A stretch of 32,000 bases of DNA from Allobaculum fili (lineage in GTDB: Bacteria > Bacillota_I > Bacilli_A > Erysipelotrichales > Erysipelotrichaceae), in NCBI RefSeq assembly GCF_020969955.1, contig NZ_JAHDSX010000021.1, positions 1 through 32,000 of the forward strand. Direction: 5' to 3'. The number at the start of each line of letters is the position of its first letter. The stretch's first letter is position 1. The notes below the pieces were generated by a model that did not search any database, was not told where the DNA came from, and saw only the letters and a list, made by a program, of their open reading frames with translations. The translations under genes were made by a program, and so were the position numbers. Of the stretch, positions 19,429 to 27,957 are shown in pieces.

Positions 19429-19777
19429 GAAATTTCGCCTCTCTTATTTGTATAAGGGTATCGACCTCGATCTGTGTTTCTTCTTCCGGCAGCGCAAATC
19501 CATTTCCAAAGGGATGCGTTGATCGTTTAGGACACCCGTTCAGAATTACGGCACAAAAAGCCGTTTTTCTATGCGAAAGAAAAAAGATAGAGGATACAGC
19601 GGGTCGAAATCCCGTTTCAATTCCATTTTCAATACCGATCGAGGCTGTTCACATACGCCGGACTGCCGGATTCTGATCGCAAAAAACACCAGAAAAGCAG
19701 CCGGGAAAAATAGATGAGCAGCCTGCTTCTGCCGGATTTGCGTACCAAAAAAGGACGCAGGCGGGCAGATCGCATGA

Positions 19778-19786
19778 ATTATACCA
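19778..19786 (-). promoter_or_regulatory. candidate extended -10 promoter element upstream of mraY
   Basis: The minus strand reads TGGTATAAT (TGnTATAAT), about 350 nt upstream of the mraY ATG and downstream of the preceding gene's stop. No good -35 element. Confidence 0.3.
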
Positions 19787-19834
19787 TGATTGGGAAAACG
19801 CAGGAAAAACGGGATTTCCCTATTCTGCGTACGA

Positions 19835-21217
19835 CTATTCCCGCTTCTTTGAAGCCATCGTTTTCTGGATCTGATCCATCAGCTGTTCGCCCTGCGAGCG
19901 GGCAAACAAGGAGCAGCAGGCTTCATAGTCTTCATCATCCCAGGCTTTTTCATCCGTTAAATACAGCTGATAGCCGTTCGTACAGGAAACAAAGTGAACA
20001 CGCTTTGAATCAAAAGGCGAAATGAGCGACGAGAAGATTTCGCAGGGCAGCCCGACAAACGTCTGCGCATCCCAGCGCACAAACGTTACATTCATTTCTC
20101 GCTTGGGTACGCCGTCATAGCTTATGGCGTAAATACAGCGTGCCTGATCAGCATCCCGTTTGACGGCGGCAAGCCGTAAAGTCAGCGGATCCAGCGGGTT
20201 TCCTGCAACGCTGGCCTGTTCCAGTTCGTTCAGATGGTTCTGACTGGCTTCCAGCCGTCTTTGCGCTTCCTGTACTGGTTTTGGGCGGGCGCTTTGAAGA
20301 ACATATGTTTTTTCAAAGACCTCAATGGGTTTTACAGGCTGTTCGTTCCAGCTCAAGCCCAAAACAGCGCTTGCCAGAATGGATCCCAGACGATCGGCTT
20401 CGTCAAAACTGGATGCTTTGCGGGTATAGCGCGTGGAAATATCGCCGCAGGCCCCGTTAAAGAAAAGAACCTGATCATACCCGGCTTCTTTCAGATGCTT
20501 GCGCGCGGCTCCATAAAAATCAGCCGATCCATATACATTGGAAGCGTTCAGAACCGTCGGATGACAGGCAAAGAAAACAAGCAGAGCCTTTTGCGCATCC
20601 GTCTCGATCTGAAGGGCGTAAAGCGCATCGTTACCAGGCAAACTCGGATCGGTACGATTGCTGCCAAGGCCTTTACAGAGCGAATACCCGGACTGCACGT
20701 GCAAAATGCGTCCATCTTTCATCGTATTCCAGGCATCCAGGATGGCTGCGCCTACGCTTTGTGCGACGGCTTCAATCGTCTTTTCGTCGGTCTTGCAGGC
20801 AAAATACTGCGCCTGCTTCAATATTCCGGATCGGGTTTCTAAAAGGCCGCCCATGGCGGAATGTGTATGGATCGCATGTACGATCAGCGTACGCGCCGGA
20901 AAGTTCTGGGCATCGAGCGCTGCCTGGATGGCTTCGATCAGCAGATGATCCACAGCCAGGACGTCCAGACTGGCAATCACGATCACTTCCTCCATCTGGT
21001 TTAAAACCATGATTGAAGCCATGAGCGGATCATGACTGCCTTTCGCACTTCGCGTCTTTCCATAGCCGGCCAGCGGCGTGTCGATCGGAAGCGAAAGTTC
21101 CCTATGGGCAACGCCGGCCTGAATGCATATTGTATTGCCGGATTTTTCTCTGATTCTGTCCGTGGAATCCATGGCGTTTTCATCGAGTTCGCATGAGTTT
21201 TGTGTATTGGTTTTCAT
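19835..21217 (-). CDS. neutral/alkaline ceramidase N-terminal-domain-like hydrolase (cytoplasmic; substrate unknown)
   Basis: 460 aa. LAGYGKTRSAKGSHDPLMASIMVL...VIASLDVLAV...HAIHTHSAMGG follows the conserved N-terminal ceramidase-family pattern. No signal peptide. The start codon is not well supported by an SD. Confidence 0.6.
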   Translation of the reverse strand: MKTNTQNSCELDENAMDSTDRIREKSGNTICIQAGVAHRELSLPIDTPLAGYGKTRSAKGSHDPLMASIMVLNQMEEVIVIASLDVLAVDHLLIEAIQAALDAQNFPARTLIVHAIHTHSAMGGLLETRSGILKQAQYFACKTDEKTIEAVAQSVGAAILDAWNTMKDGRILHVQSGYSLCKGLGSNRTDPSLPGNDALYALQIETDAQKALLVFFACHPTVLNASNVYGSADFYGAARKHLKEAGYDQVLFFNGACGDISTRYTRKASSFDEADRLGSILASAVLGLSWNEQPVKPIEVFEKTYVLQSARPKPVQEAQRRLEASQNHLNELEQASVAGNPLDPLTLRLAAVKRDADQARCIYAISYDGVPKREMNVTFVRWDAQTFVGLPCEIFSSLISPFDSKRVHFVSCTNGYQLYLTDEKAWDDEDYEACCSLFARSQGEQLMDQIQKTMASKKRE

Positions 21218-21484
21218 ACCTTTATCTTAGCCGCAAAGCGCGCAGATGAGATCGGATTTTCGGAAGAAGGCAGCTATGAGTGCGTATGGAGCGGATCGTC
21301 GAAATCTGGCGTACTTTAAAGGAAATTTGCGATCTTTCATTCTTCCCTTTTGAACTTGTTTTCAATTCCCTGTACAATGTACAGCGTTTGGTAGAAATTC
21401 CCCTGATTCAGGCCTTCTCATTGCTCGGCTTGCCGAATGGAAAAGGCCCCGCCAGATTCGTCTTTGTACTTTATTTTTGAAGAC

Positions 21485-21513
21485 TTGAATTTGTATGGGT
21501 TGAATGTTACTAT
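21485..21513 (+). promoter_or_regulatory. candidate promoter of rpmB
   Basis: TTGAAT (21485-21490), 17-nt spacer, TACTAT (21508-21513). A small leader hairpin GACTGT/ACAGTC (about 21522-21537) follows. Confidence 0.45.
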
Positions 21514-21560
21514 CTTTAACGACTGTTTGGACAGTCAAGACTGGAGAAGGAGGGATCAAG

Positions 21561-21752
21561 ATGTCTAGAAAGTGTGCAATCTCTGGTAAAGGACCTATGT
21601 CCGGAAACAAACGTTCTCACTCCATGAGAGCTTCCCGCCGCAAATGGAACGTAAACCTGCAGAAAGCAACTGTCATGGTGGACGGTGAACCAAAAACAAT
21701 TCGGGTTGCTGCCAGAACACTCAGAACCATGAAGAAACAGGGTACCATCTAA
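21561..21752 (+). CDS. rpmB: 50S ribosomal protein L28
   Basis: MSRKCAISGKGPMSGNKRSHSMRASRRKWNVNLQK... is canonical L28 (63 aa). SD is GGAGAAGGAGG. The track's upstream extension to 21504 is not needed. Confidence 0.95.
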   Translation: MSRKCAISGKGPMSGNKRSHSMRASRRKWNVNLQKATVMVDGEPKTIRVAARTLRTMKKQGTI

Positions 21753-21806
21753 TTCCTGCTCTTCCTGTGGACTGTAACATCCTAATCGAATACTGATTAC
21801 ATGCAA

Positions 21807-21832
21807 GAGAGGCCGCCAAGCGGTCTTTTTTT
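21807..21832 (+). terminator. intrinsic terminator of rpmB
   Basis: GAGGCCGC, a short loop and GCGGTCT are followed by TTTTTTTG. Confidence 0.7.
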
Positions 21833-21860
21833 GTGCTTTGCTGACGGTTTCCGATGAAGC

Positions 21861-21929
21861 AATAAAAAGCAGAAAAGGCATTCCAGAGAGGAAAAATCCT
21901 CGTTGGGATGCCTCTTTTCATGGAATGCC
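21861..21929 (-). terminator. compound hairpin terminator downstream of the surface-protein locus
   Basis: GGCATTCC (21877-21884) pairs with GGAATGCC (21922-21929), with an inner AGAGG/CCTCT stem. On the minus strand it is followed by TTTTCTGCTTTTTATTG. Confidence 0.6.
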
Positions 21930-22007
21930 TGTTTCATCCTTCCAAACTGCACGGAGAAAGCCAGATCGCTTGGTCCGACATTCTGTCCAGTCTGGATCAA
22001 AACGGCG

Positions 22008-22970
22008 TTATTTACCTTTTTGATCTTTACGATCTTTTCTGTTTTTGCGATGCAGTCCGAAAAGGGCGAGCAGCGCAGCAGCGGCGCTGATCACGGATGC
22101 GCCAAATGTTGGAAGAAGCGATGCGGCCGTATCTGGTGTGTTTGCCGCCTTGGAATCGTCTTTCGGATCCGTTTTGGGATCGTTCGTTTTGTCGTTTTTC
22201 GGATCTTCCGGCTGTTCTGGCTGTTCGGGGTCTGGAGCATTTTCTTCTTCCAGGCGGCTTGTGAGCAGGCAGTCTCTTCTCTCTTCAAGCCCAAAGGAAA
22301 TAGAAGATCCGTCCGCAGAGCGTGTAAAGTCGATCGGTGTCCATGTGCCGTTTGAAAGAGCGAAAAGACGAAGCTCCGTGCCTTCTTTTCGCATCTCTTC
22401 AGGAAGACGCATTTGTGCAGGCACAGAACAGCCTGTCGATTTAGCGTTCTGGCCATTCGATCCAAAGGGATGTTCGAGCGCAAGAGAGAAAGCAAGTGCA
22501 TGCTCCTCTGCATCTGGATTCGACAAATCCGGAACTTTCTCAGCGAGATCTGCGCTTCGATCCTGAATATGCAGCGTAATCGTCTGATCCTGTCCGTCCG
22601 CAATAGCCGCCATTTCCATCGCGCTGAGTTCTCCGCGATCAGCAAGAACATTCAAAATATCCTCATGCAGGGCAGACAGGGTGAAGGCAGGAAGCGCGGG
22701 ATCGGTTTTCGTCTCCAGAAGGAGCTTTCCCTGTCCGATCTGGGCGGCTGCATCCTCCGTTCGATCGAAAGTCGGACCGTTAGCGGGAAGAACGACAAAG
22801 CTCTGCTTCAGTTCGCCGGTAAAGTTCTGCGTACCCTGAATGGTCAGGACATAGGCGCCGCCGGCGCTTTGGATATGGTCCTTTAACTCCAGCGTAACGA
22901 GATATTCTTTGCCGTCCTGCGCTGTATAGATCAGATCTTCAAGCGTCTGTTCGAGTTCCGTTCCGTTTTC
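22008..22970 (-). CDS. surface adhesin, C-terminal fragment with sortase-type anchor
   Basis: The frame is open from the codon after the TGA ([29 protein letters not shown]... continues the repeat). The track's start at 22655 is only a TTG. The tail is LPTFG plus [16 protein letters not shown] plus [14 protein letters not shown]. Confidence 0.6.
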
Positions 22971-25900
22971 TCACAGCAGATCCTTGAGAGTTGCAGAAAA
23001 TTCTTCAATGGATCGCGGCTCGATGGTCAGCGTTCCCTGTTCTGCTTCCAGACGATAGTTGTCCGAAAGAGCCTCCACATTTGCGGACACCGCGTATTCT
23101 CCCGCGTTTTCGCCTTCTTCTCGCGTGAATACGATCTTCGGCTTTTCCTCTTCAAACCAGCCGCTCATTTCCGCTTCAAACTGCGGATCCTTCTCGCCAA
23201 ATATCTTGCTGGTATCGTTAACGCTCAGATGTACAGCGGCGGGCTGGATTTCAAAGGCTGTGGATTTTTGCGTTTCTTCCAGAACATAGTTGGGATTGCT
23301 CAGAGCGGAAATCTGCGCTTCATAGCTGCCGGCATCGGTCTGTGCGCCCAGAACGGCGGCTTTGCAGTCATCGTTTTCGACCAGATTGCTAAGAACAGCC
23401 TGCGGATATTGCGGTTTGCCATTATAAATCAAATCGGTGTTCGGCCAGGTGACCTGCACCGTTCTTGGCGTGATGGTTAGCGTACCGGGCTGCAGGACAA
23501 ACGCGTAATCGCGGTTCGTCTGATCGCTGGCTGAAGGAGACAGCACATAGTCTCCGACCGTTTCGCCGGGCGTTCGCGTCCAGACAATAGCCCCTGGCGT
23601 ATCGCCTTCGATCAGTCCTTCTGCCTGGAAATCAAACTGCGGATCCGCTTCCCCATATACTTTGGATGCATCCTTCGCTTTCAGGATCGCCGGCTTTGGT
23701 GAAATGGAATACTCCATCCTTCCTTCATCCGCCAGTCTGTAGTTGGCGTTCGTCAGTCCAGTAATGCGGACTGTATATCCCGCTCCGGCATGAATGTGCT
23801 GACCGTCCACAATGGCTTCACACGTGTCCGTCTCCAGGACACCGTCAAGACGCACTTTGGGAGCCTGCGCCTTTCCGGAATAAACGAGAGGATCTGCAGA
23901 CCATTGGCAACGAACGTCTTTGGGTTCAATGGTGAAAACGGCGTTTTCTTCTGCGGACAGCTCATAGTTTTCCAGGCCTTCGGGCAAATCGACATGCATC
24001 GCATACGTTCCCGCATTTTCACCGGGTTCGCGTTCAACAAGAATCACATACTCGAATTCCTGGCTAAAAAGCGGATCCGCGATGACCAGAGCCTGGTTCA
24101 GATCGGGTTCCAGATCGCCATACGTTTTTGAACGATTCTTCACCTGGATTTTCACAGGTCGTCTGGCAATGGAATAAAAACAGAAACTCTGACCGGAATC
24201 CAGTCTATAGTTCGGATTTTCGAGCGTATCAAAATAGGCCAGATAGTCCTTTCCCGCATTCTTCTCTGCACCGTTTAAATGAAGTCCCAGGGTATCTCGA
24301 TCTTTCTCAATAACATTGAGGACTTCATAGTCGGGCAGCTGTTCCTGCCCGTTGTAAATCCGCTCCGCATTCGACCATTTAAAGTCCAGAACGCACCGCT
24401 CGACATGCATCTTGCCATTCATTGTCGTGATGGAATAGTCGGGGTTGGCCGCTCGATCGACTTTCACCAGAATGTCCGTCATGCCGGCATCCGGATCGGT
24501 GTTTGCGGAGACGGTTATGCCGCTCAGCGTATCGCCTTCCACCAGATCCGAAGCAGTCCAGGTCAGTTCCGGATTGGGATCTCCATACGTTTTCGTTTTA
24601 TCCTCAGCGGCTACCGCAATAGATTTCGGCTTCACTTCGATTTCGACAAGAACTCTGGATGCCGAATAATCGCCGCTCGCTTCGCTTGTAAATTCCAGGA
24701 CCGCCTTTCCGGCATGATGAATCGACACGCGGCCCGTTTCATCAATGGAAACCGCGCTGCTGTCACTGGGAAGAACCCGCCAGCTCGTTTTTCCTGAGGA
24801 GGTACAGTACGGATTGAGCAGATAACTGCCGTCTCCATACGTAACGGAAATCGAATCCGGCAAATACGGCCATGCCGGTTCGATATAGCCTGCCTTCATG
24901 TCGAAAGAAACGGATCCGGCCAGATAGTTTTCCGTTTCACTGACCGATACGGTAATGGCGGAGGATCCGTATTTCTGCCCGACCATGTACGTCTTTCCGG
25001 CATCGCTTTCGAGTCGGATCACTTCGGGATTGGAACTCGAATAGGTATATTCTCCGTCGCCATTACACCTGACATCGATCGGATACCGGTTGTTCAGGGC
25101 GATGTGATGACTCGAAGGCTGACTCCAGACGGGGCTGGCTTTGGTCACGGTAAAAGAATACGTAATCGGGGTATCGAGCGTATAGCAGTCGATTCCGTCT
25201 TTGAGGACGATTTCCTGTTCGTAGTCACCGGCTGGAAGCGAAGAAGAAAGCGTGACAATCTCGCCGGTTTTCTTATTGCGAATTGCGCCTTCCGCAAAAT
25301 CATCGGCGCTTAAAAAGGCGACGTCATGGTCGTAAGCGATATCCAGATTCAGCGCCTGCGGCTCCTGTCCATACGACCAGCTCTGTCGGGAAGGCGTAAC
25401 CAGCTGGGACACATCCCGCGGCGAGATTTTCAGTGTCTTTCTTATAGACTGGGCACGGTACGTATCGTTGCCCGCAAAGCGCATTTCGATCGTATAGTCG
25501 CCGATGCCCTGCAGGCTTAACAGACCGCGTTTCAGTTCGACTTCGTTCTGATCGTCCTGGATCCAGTAATATTGAACCGGCAGTTTATAAGGATTGACGA
25601 AACTTGAGCGAATGTCGACAGGAATAATCGTGTAGTCGCGCCAGCTGTCATAGGCATCCAGATTTGGATTTTTCAGCTCGGGATTATAGGCGAGGATCGT
25701 TCCGGATGAGCGGACATTGCACTCAAAATCGTCCAGATTCAGTCCTTCTGGATCCGCAATTTCCGCCGTCCAGGTCAGCGTATTGACGACGCCGCGCGTC
25801 GGACTGTAGTCCGGACACGAATATGTATAGTAAATGGTTACTTCCTGACCGTTGCTTTCGCGTCGGCCTTTGCCGACAGGATTCGGCGCGTAGGTGGACT

Positions 25901-26033
25901 TCATCAGAGCGCTGAATGTTCGGCAGTCGCTGGCAAGATGAATATCTTCCGGAACCGGAACAATGGTCAGCTTTTCTTTTCGCGTAGGCGAAAAGACTTT
26001 TGTCAGGGTTACGGTGTTTTCACTTTCTTCCAT
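22971..26033 (-). CDS. surface adhesin, central fragment with MBG-type repeats
   Basis: Reiterated modules K(T/V/I)(Y/F)G(D/E)xDPxF...EGD... alternate with Y(N/S)GKxQ...AG.Y... segments, at least five times. There is no signal peptide and no SD at the annotated ATG. Confidence 0.7.
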   Translation of the reverse strand: MEESENTVTLTKVFSPTRKEKLTIVPVPEDIHLASDCRTFSALMKSTYAPNPVGKGRRESNGQEVTIYYTYSCPDYSPTRGVVNTLTWTAEIADPEGLNLDDFECNVRSSGTILAYNPELKNPNLDAYDSWRDYTIIPVDIRSSFVNPYKLPVQYYWIQDDQNEVELKRGLLSLQGIGDYTIEMRFAGNDTYRAQSIRKTLKISPRDVSQLVTPSRQSWSYGQEPQALNLDIAYDHDVAFLSADDFAEGAIRNKKTGEIVTLSSSLPAGDYEQEIVLKDGIDCYTLDTPITYSFTVTKASPVWSQPSSHHIALNNRYPIDVRCNGDGEYTYSSSNPEVIRLESDAGKTYMVGQKYGSSAITVSVSETENYLAGSVSFDMKAGYIEPAWPYLPDSISVTYGDGSYLLNPYCTSSGKTSWRVLPSDSSAVSIDETGRVSIHHAGKAVLEFTSEASGDYSASRVLVEIEVKPKSIAVAAEDKTKTYGDPNPELTWTASDLVEGDTLSGITVSANTDPDAGMTDILVKVDRAANPDYSITTMNGKMHVERCVLDFKWSNAERIYNGQEQLPDYEVLNVIEKDRDTLGLHLNGAEKNAGKDYLAYFDTLENPNYRLDSGQSFCFYSIARRPVKIQVKNRSKTYGDLEPDLNQALVIADPLFSQEFEYVILVEREPGENAGTYAMHVDLPEGLENYELSAEENAVFTIEPKDVRCQWSADPLVYSGKAQAPKVRLDGVLETDTCEAIVDGQHIHAGAGYTVRITGLTNANYRLADEGRMEYSISPKPAILKAKDASKVYGEADPQFDFQAEGLIEGDTPGAIVWTRTPGETVGDYVLSPSASDQTNRDYAFVLQPGTLTITPRTVQVTWPNTDLIYNGKPQYPQAVLSNLVENDDCKAAVLGAQTDAGSYEAQISALSNPNYVLEETQKSTAFEIQPAAVHLSVNDTSKIFGEKDPQFEAEMSGWFEEEKPKIVFTREEGENAGEYAVSANVEALSDNYRLEAEQGTLTIEPRSIEEFSATLKDLL

Positions 26034-26575
26034 AAGCTGCCATCCTGAATTTCAAGGATGACCTGGGCTGTATAGATGCTGCTGTATCCGGCCCGGGCAG
26101 TTTCCGCAAGCTGTGTTCCGGAAAAATCCGACCAGCGAATCACGGCACTGGTCACACCCTCTACGGCTGTAAGCGAACGGCTAAACAAGGCGCCGGGCTC
26201 CGGATCCGTAAGAGAAGAAAGCAGCGTATTCAGATCGATCCGGACGGCTTCGTCCGAAACAGCAGGATAGGTCTGTGTTGGCAAGTGCAATCCCGAATCG
26301 ACAGTATCAGCGCCGCTCTCCGCTTCACCGGATGGGGTTGGGGCTGGCGTACTAGGTTTTTCTGCAGGAACCGAAGCGTCTGCTTCCTGAAAAGCAACAG
26401 ACTTTACCGCCGGCTGGGATGGGGCCGCTTCCGGGGTTGCAAAATCGGAATGAGCGGGAGCCGGTTCCGTGCTGGATTCGACAGGATCCTGTGCCTGTAC
26501 AGGCAGAGCGGTCAGAATCAGCGAGCACGGAAGAAGGCAGGTTAAAAATCGGGCAAGACGATCACGTTTATTCAT
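26009..26575 (-). CDS. surface adhesin, N-terminal fragment (signal peptide plus Pro/Ser/Ala-rich linker)
   Basis: MNKRDRLARFLTCLLPCSLILTALPVQAQ is a signal peptide. SD is CAGGAGAGAACATA ATG. The ORF ends in a frame overlap with the next ORF. Confidence 0.7.
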   Translation of the reverse strand: MNKRDRLARFLTCLLPCSLILTALPVQAQDPVESSTEPAPAHSDFATPEAAPSQPAVKSVAFQEADASVPAEKPSTPAPTPSGEAESGADTVDSGLHLPTQTYPAVSDEAVRIDLNTLLSSLTDPEPGALFSRSLTAVEGVTSAVIRWSDFSGTQLAETARAGYSSIYTAQVILEIQDGSLWKKVKTP

Positions 26576-26973
26576 TATGTTCTCTCCTGGATCGTTCTCT
26601 ATTTCAAACGATCAGTCAGAATCAGTATGCCAAGCTGCGCAATCCCAACGCACAATATCTTTTTGCTCTCTTTGCGTTTTATGATTCAATTCGTTCATTT
26701 TTATTGAAATATACAAATCATATCTTATTAATAAACAATAATTATTTTTAACGATAACTGTTATATTTTGATCGGTTTCCCGATTGTTCTGTTCTGTCGC
26801 TTCTCTCTTGCGCAAATTCCGGATTTTGGATGCTTCTTCTGGAAACCGTTTCGCGTACAGCGCTTTCTCCTCTTTCAAAAGCTGTGAAGCAGATCGATTT
26901 CACCTGATAAAAGTCACTTTTTGAGTACTTTTCCCTTCATAAATCGTGAATTTATTATCTTATCCATTTTAGT

Positions 26974-27001
26974 TTGTCAAATGAATCCCAGCGGTTAAAA
27001 T
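26974..27001 (+). promoter_or_regulatory. candidate promoter of the SDR gene
   Basis: TTGTCA (26974-26979), 16-nt spacer, TAAAAT (26996-27001), about 25 nt before the SD AGGAGG. Confidence 0.45.
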
Positions 27002-27025
27002 AGAAACAAATTCAGGAGGTCTCTT

Positions 27026-27757
27026 ATGTCCCAAAAAGTCGCTGTTATCACGGGCGGAACCCGCGGGATCGGTTTTGCGACCGTGGAAGCTTTCCTTGCG
27101 GAAGGCTATACCGTCGTCCTGTACGGATCCCGTAAGGAAACGGTCGACAAAGCTCTCGAAGAGCTAAACCATAATCCAAACGTTTCCGGCCGCTGGTCAT
27201 CTCTCGTAGATGAAGACGCCATCGCGAAAGATTTCCAGGAAATCAAGGAGGAATTCGGCTCGCTGGATGTTCTCGTCAACAATGCCGGCGTTTCCGACTC
27301 CACGCCTTTCCTTTCCTATACGGAAGAAAAATTTAAGAAAATTATTGATCTGAATGTCGTCGCTCCTTACGTATGCTCCCATGCTGCTGCTCTGATCATG
27401 AAAGAGCAGGGTCACGGCGTCATTCTGACGACCTCATCCATGGTCTCCAAATACGGCCAGCCTTCCGGTGTGGCGTATCCGGTTTCCAAGTTTGCGGTAA
27501 ACGGCATGACCATTTCTCTGGCGCGTGAACTCGGCAAATACAACATTCGCGTCAATGCCGTCGCTCCTGGCATCACCATGACCGACATGGTCAAGGCCCT
27601 GCCGGAAAACATGATCAATCCATTGATCAGCTCCATTCCGATTCGCCGGATCGGCGAACCCGAAGACATTGCCAAAGCGTTCGTCTTCCTTGCCAGTGAT
27701 CAGGCCAGCTACATCACCGGCGCCATCCTTCCTGTTGACGGCGCGATGAATACCTGA
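27026..27757 (+). CDS. SDR-family oxidoreductase (FabG/hydroxysteroid-dehydrogenase-like)
   Basis: 243 aa. Cofactor motif TGGTRGIG, NNAG, and catalytic S...YxxxK (YPVSK). Substrate is not inferable. Confidence 0.9.
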   Translation: MSQKVAVITGGTRGIGFATVEAFLAEGYTVVLYGSRKETVDKALEELNHNPNVSGRWSSLVDEDAIAKDFQEIKEEFGSLDVLVNNAGVSDSTPFLSYTEEKFKKIIDLNVVAPYVCSHAAALIMKEQGHGVILTTSSMVSKYGQPSGVAYPVSKFAVNGMTISLARELGKYNIRVNAVAPGITMTDMVKALPENMINPLISSIPIRRIGEPEDIAKAFVFLASDQASYITGAILPVDGAMNT

Positions 27758-27803
27758 GCTGCTGACTATCGCTAAAAAACAGTTCATTCCAGCCAGACAA
27801 TAC

Positions 27804-27852
27804 AAAACCGCCCGTCCTGCATAAACGCTGCGCAGAACGGGCGGTTTTTGTT
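27804..27852. terminator. bidirectional intrinsic terminator
   Basis: AACCGCCCGT (27806-27815) pairs with ACGGGCGGTT (27837-27846). T-runs on both strands. It lies between convergent stops at 27757 and 27958. Confidence 0.85.
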
Positions 27853-27957
27853 TCAGAAAAGAAGAAAGCTCTGGCGGATTTGAGCCAGAACAGCCGATTC
27901 ATTCGGACGTATAAAGCGGCGATACGGATCTGAATCTTCGTGCGACGCAAGACGTAC

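Larger units (their letters stand above)
22008..26575 (-). pseudogene. disrupted gene for a roughly 1520-aa cell-wall-anchored MBG-repeat surface adhesin (three collinear ORFs)
   Basis: The signal-peptide ORF (26575-26009) overlaps the central ORF by 25 nt in the -1 frame. The central ORF ends at TGA 22973-22971, and the same frame continues open to 22008, ending in a sorting-signal-like tail. Confidence 0.6.

Noticed and set aside
22971-22973. The in-frame TGA in the adhesin as evidence for a TGA-sense genetic code (code 4 or 25) or selenocysteine
   Set aside because: TGA terminates well-supported genes in the same window: 662-1639, the 1013-aa helicase-nuclease and the SDR gene. I see no SECIS-like hairpin immediately downstream, and the context is not a redox motif.
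26009-26054. Programmed -1 ribosomal frameshift joining adhesin ORFs A and B
   Set aside because: The overlap (ATTCAGGATGGCAGCTTATGGAAGAAAGTGAAAACACCGTAA) contains no X-XXY-YYZ slippery heptamer and no obvious downstream stimulatory structure. A simple indel is more parsimonious.
26612-26878. 88-aa minus-strand ORF upstream of the adhesin gene
   Set aside because: Its C-terminal half is translated from an extremely AT-rich promoter-like tract (26690-26770). It has no SD and no recognisable domain.
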